Under the pieces are notes generated by a model. It made no database searches. It had not been told where the DNA came from and was given only the letters and a program-made list of their open reading frames with translations. Source: an uncultured Acidobacteriota bacterium (GTDB lineage: Bacteria; Acidobacteriota; UBA890). Taken from it: a stretch of DNA of 59,976 bases. The stretch covers positions 5,177-65,152 of the forward strand of contig CAYVUW010000004.1 in assembly GCA_964455175.1 (NCBI GenBank). The letters run 5' to 3'. The translations under genes were made by a program, and so were the position numbers. Below are positions 10,358 to 20,035 of this stretch, piece by piece. Each line of letters opens with the position of its first letter. The stretch's first letter is position 1.

Positions 10358-11350
10358 ATGACCGGTCGGTCCATTGCCATCCCAGTTGGAGAGATCCGCG
10401 GTGCGCACGCTCGAATCGAACCATACATTCATCGCACACCGATTTTAACGAGTGAGACACTGGATGCAGCGTTCGGTAGCCGCATTTTCTTCAAGTGTGA
10501 GAACTTTCAGAAGAGTGGAGCTTTCAAAGTAAGGGGTGCGTTCAATGCCTTACTTTCGCTGTCACGGGAGGATGCGGCGCGTGGCATCGTCACTAGCTCT
10601 TCTGGTAATCAAGCCGCCGCTGTTTCGCTTGCCGCCGCCGCACGGGGTGTCAGTGCTTACATCGCCATGCCAAAAATCGCCGTCGCGTCGAAAGTTGCAG
10701 CAGTTCAACGCTATGGCGGCAACATTGTCTGGGTTGAGTCGAATAATCGTATTCCTACCTCGGAAGAATACGACGCTACGGCATTGGCAATACAGGAAGA
10801 AACTGGCGCCAACCTCGTGCACCCGTACGACGACCTGAGAACAATTGCCGGTCAAGCAACCTGTGCCTTCGAGTTACTCGAAGAGGTACCCGATATTGAC
10901 TACTTGTTGGCACCAGTGGGTGGTGGTGGACTCCTGAGTGGCACCTGTTCGAGTGCCGCAGCATTAGCGACCGGTACGAAGGTTGTCGGCTGCGAGCCGG
11001 AGAAGGCTGACGACGCGTGGCGTTCTTTTCAAGAAGGAACAATCGTTCCTCAAATTGATCCTCAGACTATCGCCGACGGGCTGCGCACTTCATTGGGCGA
11101 GTATACGTTTCCGATCATCGCTGCGAACGTCAGTGAGATTGTCACAGTGTCGGAAGACGCGATCCTTAGGTCCATGCGGCTGGTTTGGGAAACCATGAAA
11201 ATCGTCATTGAGCCAAGTGCTGCGGTGCCTGTGGCGGCACTGTTAGAAAATAAGATTTCGGGACACGCGGATCGCATTGGGGTGATTCTGTCGGGTGGCA
11301 ACGTTGATCTGGACTCTTTGCCTGATTGGTCGGAGCTCTCAGCTGAGTAG
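10358..11350 (+). CDS. PLP fold-type II serine/threonine dehydratase family enzyme, serine racemase / hydroxyaspartate ammonia-lyase type
   Basis: FKCENFQKSGAFKVRGA (PLP Lys), SSSGNQA, PVGGGGLLSG, EPSAAV and ILSGGNVD. No C-terminal ACT regulatory domain. Confidence 0.88.
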   Translation: MTGRSIAIPVGEIRGAHARIEPYIHRTPILTSETLDAAFGSRIFFKCENFQKSGAFKVRGAFNALLSLSREDAARGIVTSSSGNQAAAVSLAAAARGVSAYIAMPKIAVASKVAAVQRYGGNIVWVESNNRIPTSEEYDATALAIQEETGANLVHPYDDLRTIAGQATCAFELLEEVPDIDYLLAPVGGGGLLSGTCSSAAALATGTKVVGCEPEKADDAWRSFQEGTIVPQIDPQTIADGLRTSLGEYTFPIIAANVSEIVTVSEDAILRSMRLVWETMKIVIEPSAAVPVAALLENKISGHADRIGVILSGGNVDLDSLPDWSELSAE

Positions 11351-11484
11351 AGACTCCATCGGATCAGTGCGCCTTGTCATCTCCCAGGCAATGCCCGAGT
11401 TAGATGAAGAAACTCAGAAGCAAACATGCGGGGAGCTTGGGCGGAAAGGCGCTTAGTACCGACTCAGGCAGGCCCGTGCTGCGT

Positions 11485-13179
11485 CTAGCTGATGATCCAG
11501 ATGAAGGATCCGATTAGCACAACGACCATAAAGCAGCTCGCCAGGAACCCAATCACTGTATAGGCGGTGGGTCGCATGATCTCGAAATCCGGATGTGCAA
11601 TCAGCACTGACCGTGCTGCTGGCGCAGTACCAGCTGGCAGCGTGAGGGGTTCTCCCTCTGGCTCATCTTCCGACACCGGGGTTCGCAGGCACTCGTAAAC
11701 TCTGTCAAGTGTCTTCTTGTCGGGCGGTTGGGTAACAAGGCTAACCGCCACCATCATCACCAGCGAGACGGTCAGGTAGATGATCATTTGCCACGGCAGA
11801 AACAGCTTGCCTTCGTAGAGCATGAACTCCGGAAGGGATCCTGCAAAGTGGTTATTGAAGCTCCAGCCGATGAAACCGATATCACTGGTGAACAACGCTG
11901 CTGCGTAGCCACCAAGCGTTGACGCCCAAGCGGCCGCAGCTGTGGCTCGTCGCCATACGAAACTCATCCAAATCGCCAAGCCCATCATCGCCCCCACCAT
12001 CCAGAAGACTTCGAGCCCCCTCACAACTCCTGGCAACGTGAAGGCGATCGATAGCCCGGCGAGCACCACGGTGATCGAGGTTAGCCTGCCCACTAGCACG
12101 TAGTGGCGCTCGCTTCGACCTGGACGGATCAGGGGCCTATAGATGTTTTCGGTAAAGAGGGCGGCCGCTGCGACCATCAAACAGTCACATGAGCTCATGA
12201 CCGCCGCTAGCACCGAAGCGATGAACAACCCGATCAGCCCAGGCGCGATCTGCGGTAGCAGGTCCCTGGCCATCAGACCGTAGACATGGTCTGGATTCAC
12301 CGTTGTGCCAGCGTAATATCCTACAGCGCACATGGCAGTCAGCACCCAGGCGATGGTGACGATGCGCTTGAGAAACATCCCGGCAACTAGGCCCACACGT
12401 GCGTCATCTTCCGTTCTTCCGGCGCCAATCATTTGCATCGAGTATGGCGTGGCAACCCACCCGATGAGTCCATTAAGAGCGAGGATGACGACGTAGAGGA
12501 CGGTGATATCACTGGGAGCAACAATCGAGAAAAGCTCCGGATTATCGACTGAAGCGCGCCCGCGCAGTCCCTCTAGACCGCCGACTGCATTCAGGGCAAA
12601 TGGCAGAATTAGAAATGAAAGTACAATCGTGAGAACGCCCTGAACTGCGTCCGTTAGGATCGCTGCGTTTAATCCTCCCGCGACGCCGTAGATGACAAAC
12701 AAAATAGTCATGCCTATGATCGCCATCTCTGGGCTAATTGCCCCACCGGAAACTGGGGCGATCAGGGCGGCAGTAGCCTTGAGGACAACACCGATATTTA
12801 CAGACAGCTGGAACATGCCGACAATCGCGAAAAGTACGGCTACGCTCCGACCGTAACGAATTAAAAGATAGTCAGACGTGGTTACCGCGCGCATGCGTCG
12901 GAAGAGAGGTGCTAGCAGCCAGTAGAACGGCGTGGAGAACAGCCACAGCCACTGGTACCAAATACCCGATGCACCGACCGTGTATGTCTTTGATGCAACG
13001 CCGATTGCCTGGTCAGTGTTCGTCCCTGTGCCAAAGGAAAAGAATGTCATCAGGAGCTTGCCGGATTGGCGATCGCTGATGAAGAAGTTCGAAGAAGTCT
13101 TCACGCGACGAGCAGCCGAAATGCCTAGTACAGTCACACCGATCAGGTACGCTGCAACGACCACCCAGTCGATAAGCAC
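11485..13179 (-). CDS. Sodium:solute symporter (SSS) family transporter, substrate unknown
   Basis: About 13-14 hydrophobic segments. Motifs YGVAGGLNAAILTDAVQG, PGLIGLFIASVLAAVMSSCD and YVLVGRLT. Confidence 0.92.
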   Translation of the reverse strand: MLIDWVVVAAYLIGVTVLGISAARRVKTSSNFFISDRQSGKLLMTFFSFGTGTNTDQAIGVASKTYTVGASGIWYQWLWLFSTPFYWLLAPLFRRMRAVTTSDYLLIRYGRSVAVLFAIVGMFQLSVNIGVVLKATAALIAPVSGGAISPEMAIIGMTILFVIYGVAGGLNAAILTDAVQGVLTIVLSFLILPFALNAVGGLEGLRGRASVDNPELFSIVAPSDITVLYVVILALNGLIGWVATPYSMQMIGAGRTEDDARVGLVAGMFLKRIVTIAWVLTAMCAVGYYAGTTVNPDHVYGLMARDLLPQIAPGLIGLFIASVLAAVMSSCDCLMVAAAALFTENIYRPLIRPGRSERHYVLVGRLTSITVVLAGLSIAFTLPGVVRGLEVFWMVGAMMGLAIWMSFVWRRATAAAAWASTLGGYAAALFTSDIGFIGWSFNNHFAGSLPEFMLYEGKLFLPWQMIIYLTVSLVMMVAVSLVTQPPDKKTLDRVYECLRTPVSEDEPEGEPLTLPAGTAPAARSVLIAHPDFEIMRPTAYTVIGFLASCFMVVVLIGSFIWIIS

Positions 13180-13226
13180 TTTGTTCTTGCCTCAGCTAAA
13201 TTCCTGCGCTGGAGAAGTTGGAAGGG

Positions 13227-14813
13227 CTAAGCGAGCAAAGTGGTGAGCTCGTCTTCGTTTCCGGTCATTTCCCAGCGGGTCAGAGAAATCGGAATGATAC
13301 CGCCGCCCATGAAATCATCCATGAAGCGTTTCAACTTAAACTCGCCGCCCTGAAGTTGCGCGCATTCAGCCAGTAGCTGCAGGATCATGTTCTTGCCACC
13401 TACATAGCTCACGGAGTGTGCCGGCGCTCGTAACGCCTCCTCAATATCCCACCACACAGCATCGCTGTCGGCATCAGCCCACGGGTAGGGAAGCTTCTCG
13501 ACGAACCCTTTGATTCCATCCTGCATGGTGTATTCATTGGCGTGCATTTTGAGGTCCGAAATAGCCCGCGCTGCGCGAAACGCCATCCAGATGTAAGTAA
13601 TTTCCTTAGCCCGTGGCCGATCATCGAGTATGCCGAGCTGCAGCATCATTTCCTCGACGCCGAACGATAGCGCCTCAGACCGTGACTCATGCATGTCGAA
13701 TAGACGAATAGTGTCTCGGATCGGCCGGCTATTGCCATCCTGGTACCAAATCGTCCTATCGCGTACATAGTAGTGCCCAAAGAATGTATGCGTGATCTGT
13801 GTCATTGGTTCACGGTCAGAACACTGCTCAAAGAAGCCTCGGTAGTGAGGTCTAAGATAGGCACTCATCCCCCAAGTACGTGGGTAGTGGGCAGGCGGCA
13901 GTGGCTCTAAACTATCCGGAACGGTAATGATCTCGCCATCTCGAAGAAAGGCTAGTAGCTCTTGCGCTGCAGCCCCCTGCCGATTGAGGTTCTCAGCCTC
14001 GCAGGCGGTGAGCTTGAACGGGGGCAAGCCTCTGTTTTTGTGCTCCTCAAGCTTCAAGAAAGCAATGGCGCGATGGTAGTCGTTACAGATTGTCGTAAGC
14101 AGTTTGTCCCAATCGTGAGGGACAAGCAGGACGTCCTTCAACCATCGGTTGTAGTTGTTCTTGCCGATACCGGCGGGTGCTGATACGCGGCCCTGATTGT
14201 CGATGAGCCATTCACGGAATCGGTGCATAGCGGAGAGCGCTTTCTCTGCATCGTTTGCTAACTCTGGCTGTTTTGCGGCAAGTTCGTCCACAAGTTCGCG
14301 CATTACGATAAGCTCGCGTTCCTGTACCCGAATTGCCACGGTTGCTAGGTCATCAGCTATCTCTGAAAGGTTGCCACGGGCTTGGTCGAGCACGGTGGGG
14401 ACGCACTGCAACTTTGTACGTAGCTGGCTGATCGCATCGTCGGCAACGGGCAAGCTAGGAACTCGCGGCGACCAATCATCGTTCATCCGCGAGTAGTGCA
14501 CCAACAGCCTTGGATAGACTCCGTCGGTGATGTTGTAAAAGCCAGGATCGCGTGCCCAGGGCCGCAGAACTTCATGATCGAAGGCTACGCCGTTTAACTC
14601 GGCGCGGACCACGTGATAGTCGACTTGTTCACTGACTTTCCAGTGCGCGATGTCATACGACGCTAGCAGGTCTCTGAATACTTGAAGTTCTTCGCGCTTG
14701 CGCTGCATTGCTGGCGGCGTGTAATCGGGAACCCCATCGTTGGTTTCTGGTACTAATGAAGCGCGAAACTCCTCGAATAGGCTGATCAGGTCAGAATGCC
14801 CTGGCGGGGTCAA
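13227..14813 (-). CDS. DUF885-like protein without a signal peptide, HTFFGH variant
   Basis: Shares QVDYHVVRAELNG, PWARDPGFY, KLEEHKNRGLP and ISLTRWEMTG with 39523-41259 and 57445-59070. No hydrophobic N-terminus. Confidence 0.75.
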   Translation of the reverse strand: MTPPGHSDLISLFEEFRASLVPETNDGVPDYTPPAMQRKREELQVFRDLLASYDIAHWKVSEQVDYHVVRAELNGVAFDHEVLRPWARDPGFYNITDGVYPRLLVHYSRMNDDWSPRVPSLPVADDAISQLRTKLQCVPTVLDQARGNLSEIADDLATVAIRVQERELIVMRELVDELAAKQPELANDAEKALSAMHRFREWLIDNQGRVSAPAGIGKNNYNRWLKDVLLVPHDWDKLLTTICNDYHRAIAFLKLEEHKNRGLPPFKLTACEAENLNRQGAAAQELLAFLRDGEIITVPDSLEPLPPAHYPRTWGMSAYLRPHYRGFFEQCSDREPMTQITHTFFGHYYVRDRTIWYQDGNSRPIRDTIRLFDMHESRSEALSFGVEEMMLQLGILDDRPRAKEITYIWMAFRAARAISDLKMHANEYTMQDGIKGFVEKLPYPWADADSDAVWWDIEEALRAPAHSVSYVGGKNMILQLLAECAQLQGGEFKLKRFMDDFMGGGIIPISLTRWEMTGNEDELTTLLA

Positions 14814-14817
14814 TGGC

Positions 14818-15843
14818 TCATACCTTCATCTTCATCCAATTAGCGGTATTGTGAAAATCGGCGACCGCACTGCCCGGCGGAACCAGCTGGTCACACATCG
14901 TGCGTAGTTCAAGGGGAAGCTCGATGTCAAGAAGAGGAATGAGTTGCTCGAGCTGTTTTAGGGTGCGCGGCCCGACCAGTGGTGCAGTGATCCCAGGTTG
15001 GTCTTTACACCAGAGAACCGCGAACTGAGCTGGAGTGAGCTCGATCTGGTCCGCCAGCTCAGCGAACTTCCGCGCTACGGCGATGCCACGCTCCGTTACG
15101 CGGTCCGCATAGTAGCCACCGCGGAGGGCAGCGCGTGACTCCTCGGGGTATTCCTCGGGGTCTTTGTAGCGACCGGCGAGCACCGCTTGGGCCATCGGTG
15201 CCCAACTGATGATCCCAAGACCCCATTTTTGACAGAGCGGAATAAGTTCATTCTCGATGCGGCGGTCGAGCAGGTTGTACGGTGGTTGTTCGGAGACGTA
15301 CCGGGCATAGCCTTTTAACTCACTTATATACAATGCTTCCATAACCATCCAAGCTGGGTGTGTCGAGCAGCCGATGTAGCGAATTTTCCCCTGCCGAACC
15401 AAATCGTCGAGCGCGCCTAACGTCTCATCAATTGGGATCTCAGGCGATGGTCTATGCATCTGATAGAGGTCAATGTAGTCGGTCTGTAGACGTTTCAGTG
15501 TTTGCTCACAGCCCCTGATGATGTTGAGGCGTGAATGGCCGTGGTCGTTGGCATTGATGCCGGGAGAACTCGTGTCGAGATTGAGGCCGGGCACGTGATC
15601 GATCTTTGTGGATATAAGTACCGAGTGCCGCCGCCCGTTTCCTTTCAGGGCTCTGCCAATGATGCGCTCACCTTCTCCATCGGCGTAAATGTCGCCGGTA
15701 TCCAGTAAATTGATGCCAGCATCGAGTGCTCGATTGAGCATCTCGACGCACTCGGGCTCAGGGGTAGGGTCTGCGAAGTTGTCGGTACCGAAGCACAATG
15801 GTGAGACTTTAAGGCCTGTGCGGCCTAGCTCCCGGTATTCCAT
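14818..15843 (-). CDS. Aldo/keto reductase (paralog 2 of 3)
   Basis: MEYRELGRTGLKVSPLCFG, DTGDIY, STK, LYQMH and [11 protein letters not shown]. Confidence 0.93.
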   Translation of the reverse strand: MEYRELGRTGLKVSPLCFGTDNFADPTPEPECVEMLNRALDAGINLLDTGDIYADGEGERIIGRALKGNGRRHSVLISTKIDHVPGLNLDTSSPGINANDHGHSRLNIIRGCEQTLKRLQTDYIDLYQMHRPSPEIPIDETLGALDDLVRQGKIRYIGCSTHPAWMVMEALYISELKGYARYVSEQPPYNLLDRRIENELIPLCQKWGLGIISWAPMAQAVLAGRYKDPEEYPEESRAALRGGYYADRVTERGIAVARKFAELADQIELTPAQFAVLWCKDQPGITAPLVGPRTLKQLEQLIPLLDIELPLELRTMCDQLVPPGSAVADFHNTANWMKMKV

Positions 15844-16128
15844 GAGACCCTACGGGGGTTGAGAATCAGGCTAATCATTCGATTGTCATCGATCTGGTGG
15901 AGCACACAACTTCTAAGGTAGGGATGTAGCCAAAGAGAGGCTAACGAAAGCGTCAGCCGCGATTTCAAAGTCGTTGGGACCAATCGCGCACAATACTGAT
16001 ACATGAACGGCCTGGCAAGCACGGTGGGTAGGGTTTAGCGGAGTGAGCCGGGAACTAACATCCTTCGTCTACTTGACACCTCACGGCATCGCACCGACGA
16101 TGGGCGATCAAGGCTTTCAGGATGTTCA

Positions 16129-17103
16129 ATGAAAAACACCGAAAAACACCACTTCCAACAAGTTGATGTAAACAGCGTGCCACGTTCCGCCCAAGTGGCT
16201 ACCTTAATGCGAGCACAGCTCTGCGAGGGGTTCGATGGCCTCGACATCGCTCTGGCAGGTGTTCCCTTCGATGGTGGTTCGTCGTTCCGTGCTGGAGCTC
16301 GACACGGGCCGGCGCAAATGCGCGAAATGTCTCGCCTTATACGGCAGGCTCACTACTCGACGAACATTGCACCTTTTGAGATTTGTCGCATCGGCGACGT
16401 TGGGGATGCACCGATTAACCCCCTTGACATGTCCGCCAGTCTCGAAAGCATCGAGTCTTTTTTCTCGGCTATTCGTGCAGCTGGCGCATTGCCTCTAGTT
16501 GCGGGAGGAGATCACACGATCACTTTGCCAATTCTGCGGGCGGTTGCCGGGGACGCGCCCGTTGGCCTACTGCAAATTGATGCCCATTCCGACACACAAG
16601 ACCGTATGTTCGGCCAGATCTATGCGAACGGAACTCCGATTCGACGAGCCATCGAGGAAGGTTTGCTGGAGCCATCACACATTATTCAAATCGGGATCCG
16701 CGGTACGTTGTTTTCAGCGGATGAACTTGACTGGGCTCGTGAGCAAGGCATCACGATCATGACGATCGACGATGTTTATGAACTCGGGGCAAATGGCATC
16801 ATGAATGCGGCCAGAGAGACTTTGCACGGCCTGCCGACCTACATTACCGTCGACATGGACGCCATCGACCCAGCATTCGCGCCCGGCGTTGGAGGCCTGG
16901 AACCTGGTGGAATGACCGTGCGTGACGTGCAGTTGTTGTTGCGAGGTATGGAAGGGTTAGACCTGGTGGGGGCTGACATCAATGAAGTGTCTCCACCACT
17001 CGATCCAACCGGAAACACGGCCGTTGTTGCCTGCAACCTTATGTTTGAACTGCTTTGTATTTTAGCTGCGAGGGTCAGAACAACCCGTAAGGAGCAAGAA
17101 TGA
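16129..17103 (+). CDS. Ureohydrolase (arginase/agmatinase superfamily; agmatinase- or guanidinobutyrase-like)
   Basis: GVPFDGG..RAGARHGP, GGDH, DAHSD and DMDAIDP binuclear-metal motifs, plus DINEVSPPLD. Confidence 0.92.
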   Translation: MKNTEKHHFQQVDVNSVPRSAQVATLMRAQLCEGFDGLDIALAGVPFDGGSSFRAGARHGPAQMREMSRLIRQAHYSTNIAPFEICRIGDVGDAPINPLDMSASLESIESFFSAIRAAGALPLVAGGDHTITLPILRAVAGDAPVGLLQIDAHSDTQDRMFGQIYANGTPIRRAIEEGLLEPSHIIQIGIRGTLFSADELDWAREQGITIMTIDDVYELGANGIMNAARETLHGLPTYITVDMDAIDPAFAPGVGGLEPGGMTVRDVQLLLRGMEGLDLVGADINEVSPPLDPTGNTAVVACNLMFELLCILAARVRTTRKEQE

Positions 17104-18380
17104 GTTTATTTACACCGCTGCTAATTGCTGCCGCCATGATTGGAACAGCGGGGGGACTTTCCCCGCAGCGGGGGGAGACTTTGCCTGATATAGATATCTC
17201 TACATCGCCAAATGGCATCGTACTGTTGCCCGATAATGTGCCATTGGTTTTTAGGGATGTGTTCGTTCGCTATACGAAGGTCGTTGCGCCGAACAGCAAA
17301 CCAATCCATATCCTGGCCCAGGATGGGTGGAGCGAAGCACGCATCCTCAAGGCCCGAAACGTTCTCGAGCATATACTCACAGACGTTCCAGGGACTCGAT
17401 ATGGTGCCGACAAAAGCATTGTAGCCAACACAATGGCGGACAATCGCGCAACATTAACTCTGTTTAACACCGAGCCCGATATGCGCGAAGCTTTTCGAGG
17501 ACCGTTACGCCACGTCGCCCTTGGAATGCAAGATCTGCGTGCCAACGAGTCTCCTGTCGAAGGGCACGAAGACTACATGGCGCACCGCACCAGGGACGCT
17601 TCGTTCGAGGAAGTCCTACATATGGTGCATGACTATGGCATCAAGCCGGCGTTGCCGCAGATGCAACTTGACTTGATCCGTATCACAGACGTGGCTATGG
17701 AGCGCGGGCTCTGGCAAGGTCGGCAGGACGACCTTGAAAACGAGCCTAACGAATACGTCGCGGCGATATATGACAACTATCTGGATCTGTGGACCGTGCC
17801 ACCGACCGTTTATGAGGGCCGCCCTATTGAGACTGGGCGCATCCCGGACGGCACATCACACTTTGGCATCTATGGCGCGCGGGGGCGGGCTGGTCTGCGC
17901 AATCTCGACCCCGAAGGGCTGGCTATCCTCCAGGAATTCTTCCCTCCATTCCTGACCTATACTCCCGAGCTGCCATCGGAATTTACAGGCGCGTTTTCGC
18001 TCCAGTTCGATCCGGATCTGCGGTATACGGCCAAGTCACAGCATCTCAAAGATGTAACCCTCACGGGTGACAACGATGCTGGTTTAATTGGCAATGACTG
18101 GGACAATATTTTCTTGGGAAACGCTGGCGACAACATGTTACGTGGCAACGGTGGCAAGGATCTCCTCGATGGCAGCACCGGAACCGACACCGCGATATTC
18201 GCGGGCAACATGGCTGACTATGAGGTAATTCGTGACGGGAATATAACTAGGGTAATTGACAAGCGCGCCGCCCGAGACGGGGCTGATTTGTTGCTCAACA
18301 TGGAACGGATTGCTTTCGCCGACCAGGTGATCGACCTTACACAACGTTATCGGCGCTTACGAATCAACTTCTACCAATAG
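17100..18380 (+). CDS. Exported zincin-like protein (EEVLH) with C-terminal RTX/serralysin-type Ca-binding repeats
   Basis: ATGA overlap with the ureohydrolase stop; hydrophobic N-terminus; RDASFEEVLH and NEYVAA. Gly-rich nonapeptides (GNAGDNMLR, GNGGKDLLD, GSTGTDTAI) are followed by a DGADLLLNMERIAFAD tail. Confidence 0.75.
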   Translation: MSLFTPLLIAAAMIGTAGGLSPQRGETLPDIDISTSPNGIVLLPDNVPLVFRDVFVRYTKVVAPNSKPIHILAQDGWSEARILKARNVLEHILTDVPGTRYGADKSIVANTMADNRATLTLFNTEPDMREAFRGPLRHVALGMQDLRANESPVEGHEDYMAHRTRDASFEEVLHMVHDYGIKPALPQMQLDLIRITDVAMERGLWQGRQDDLENEPNEYVAAIYDNYLDLWTVPPTVYEGRPIETGRIPDGTSHFGIYGARGRAGLRNLDPEGLAILQEFFPPFLTYTPELPSEFTGAFSLQFDPDLRYTAKSQHLKDVTLTGDNDAGLIGNDWDNIFLGNAGDNMLRGNGGKDLLDGSTGTDTAIFAGNMADYEVIRDGNITRVIDKRAARDGADLLLNMERIAFADQVIDLTQRYRRLRINFYQ

Positions 18381-18439
18381 CTGGATAGAAGAGGTTCTCG
18401 CCACTGTGCCTTCAGCGGTGATCTCTTGAGAAGTGCGGA

Positions 18440-19822
18440 CTAGCGGATCAGCAAAATTCTTTCGTTGCGTGGATACAACAACTCGACGCCCTGATTCGTA
18501 ACTATGACGTTGTCTTCGAAGTTGATTCGTAAGCGCTGGTCGCCGAATGATGGCAGAGCCGTGTGGGTTATGAACTCGAATGAGAAGATGTTGTTGGACT
18601 GAATCATGAGGTTGGCTCGGAGTTCGCGGAACGGTGCAAACGAAGGACCGACCGCCACTTGGCTGTTGCCCGTGTTGCCGACGACATGACAATCGATCGA
18701 AATACCAGTCACACTGGGTTGGTCAAAGCTCTCGACGATCTGCCTGTCGATTTCACCAAAGTTGACGAAAGGTGTGTATACAAACCCTTCGGCCTCGAGC
18801 GCCGCGACGACCGCAGCGAGTGTTTCACGTGCGGTGCGGCCTGTTCGAATGTTTCGGCGCATGATGTCGCGGGCCCGGCGGCCTTCATCCCAGGCATGCC
18901 TAATGTCCTCTGGCAGAGCTGTTTCATCTTCTCGCAGCAGGTAGGCGTTTCGCTTCATGTCGGTACCGAAATTGAGGTATTTCACCCCCGTGTCGAACTG
19001 CAGCAGGTCGCCTCGCTGAAAAGCGTATGTGCTTGAGCGGTATTCTTGGGGCTCTGCGAGGGCGGAATGAATCACTATGGGTCTAGTGAGGCCGAACGAA
19101 GATCCCAGACCGGCCTCTAACAGGCGTTCTTGCACCCACCAGGCGACGTCTTCACCGGTTGTAATTCCAGGCGTGATAACTTCGCGTGATAAGGCTCGCT
19201 CCAGGATCCGACGGGTCATGTCACCGGCCTGGGCGAAGGCGACGATCTCCGATTGAACCCGGCGTACTCGGAAGTCGGTGATGAGATTCTCGCTGGAGAC
19301 AAGCCGGGAGGCGTAAGTCTCGCCGATTGCTTCCACAAGCTGCTGATACCCGGAATGCGACAGGCCGTCAGCCGCTGCAAGCCACGCGGACGTGTTGACG
19401 GCGATCCGCTCCGGGTCCCGTTCCTCAATAAATTGACGCAATTCCGTAGCATTGTGGTTGGGATACCAGGCATTCCAGTCGTTCCAAGCAAAGATGTCGT
19501 ACGCGCCGCTCGTGTACATTCCTTGGCCACGGCCGGCAAGCACGGCACGCTCGATCCTGTCACCACCGCGATCGGTAAAAATGAAATAGCCGGCGGTTCC
19601 ACCAAGATCGAGTGCTAGCGCGTCAGGGTTGCCATCACGGATGACATGAATCCACATGTCTATACCGTTGTCCCGCATCACGCCGGGGAGCACCACGTCG
19701 AACTTCTCTCTTTGGATCAGGTCGAGCATTTCTGCCCGCGCCTGGGCTTCTTGCGCAGATGCTTGGGCCCCCGAGATGATGGTGACCAAAGATGCGAGCA
19801 CTGCAAGGATTTGCTTCTTCAT
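18440..19822 (-). CDS. Exported M24 family protein, HxxGNTGN variant
   Basis: ATG at 19822 after AGGAG; signal MKKQILAVLASL...ASA. Motifs QFDTG..GTDMKR, CHVVGNTGN, SFEF and FEDN. Confidence 0.85.
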   Translation of the reverse strand: MKKQILAVLASLVTIISGAQASAQEAQARAEMLDLIQREKFDVVLPGVMRDNGIDMWIHVIRDGNPDALALDLGGTAGYFIFTDRGGDRIERAVLAGRGQGMYTSGAYDIFAWNDWNAWYPNHNATELRQFIEERDPERIAVNTSAWLAAADGLSHSGYQQLVEAIGETYASRLVSSENLITDFRVRRVQSEIVAFAQAGDMTRRILERALSREVITPGITTGEDVAWWVQERLLEAGLGSSFGLTRPIVIHSALAEPQEYRSSTYAFQRGDLLQFDTGVKYLNFGTDMKRNAYLLREDETALPEDIRHAWDEGRRARDIMRRNIRTGRTARETLAAVVAALEAEGFVYTPFVNFGEIDRQIVESFDQPSVTGISIDCHVVGNTGNSQVAVGPSFAPFRELRANLMIQSNNIFSFEFITHTALPSFGDQRLRINFEDNVIVTNQGVELLYPRNERILLIR

Positions 19823-20035
19823 GATCTTTCTCCTGGCCAAGCATAAGGGGCAATGTTGGGCGATTCAGAATCGCATCGATCTCTACACGTTTCAGCTAAA
19901 CCCTACTTTACTGACTCCTTGGTTAACCTCGGCGAGGGCACATTGGATGTGAAAGTGCTGGAACTTTTACTTATTCAGGCGGCAGTACCCGCAGCTAAGA
20001 TCATGGCTTCAATAGTGGGCTGCAATCCTTGAAAG

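Noticed and set aside
16080-16106. Possible guanidine riboswitch upstream of the ureohydrolase (ACGA-looped hairpin ATCGCACCG-ACGA-TGGGCGAT)
   Set aside because: Guanidine-II needs two ACGR hairpins closed by G-C; only one is present and it is closed by G-U. No guanidine-I consensus was seen. An Rfam search would settle it.
17100-18380. Toxin interpretation of the RTX-bearing or ATLF-like proteins
   Set aside because: Only about three nonapeptides; no pore-forming domain, acyltransferase, T1SS or immunity gene. The fold resemblance does not imply toxicity.
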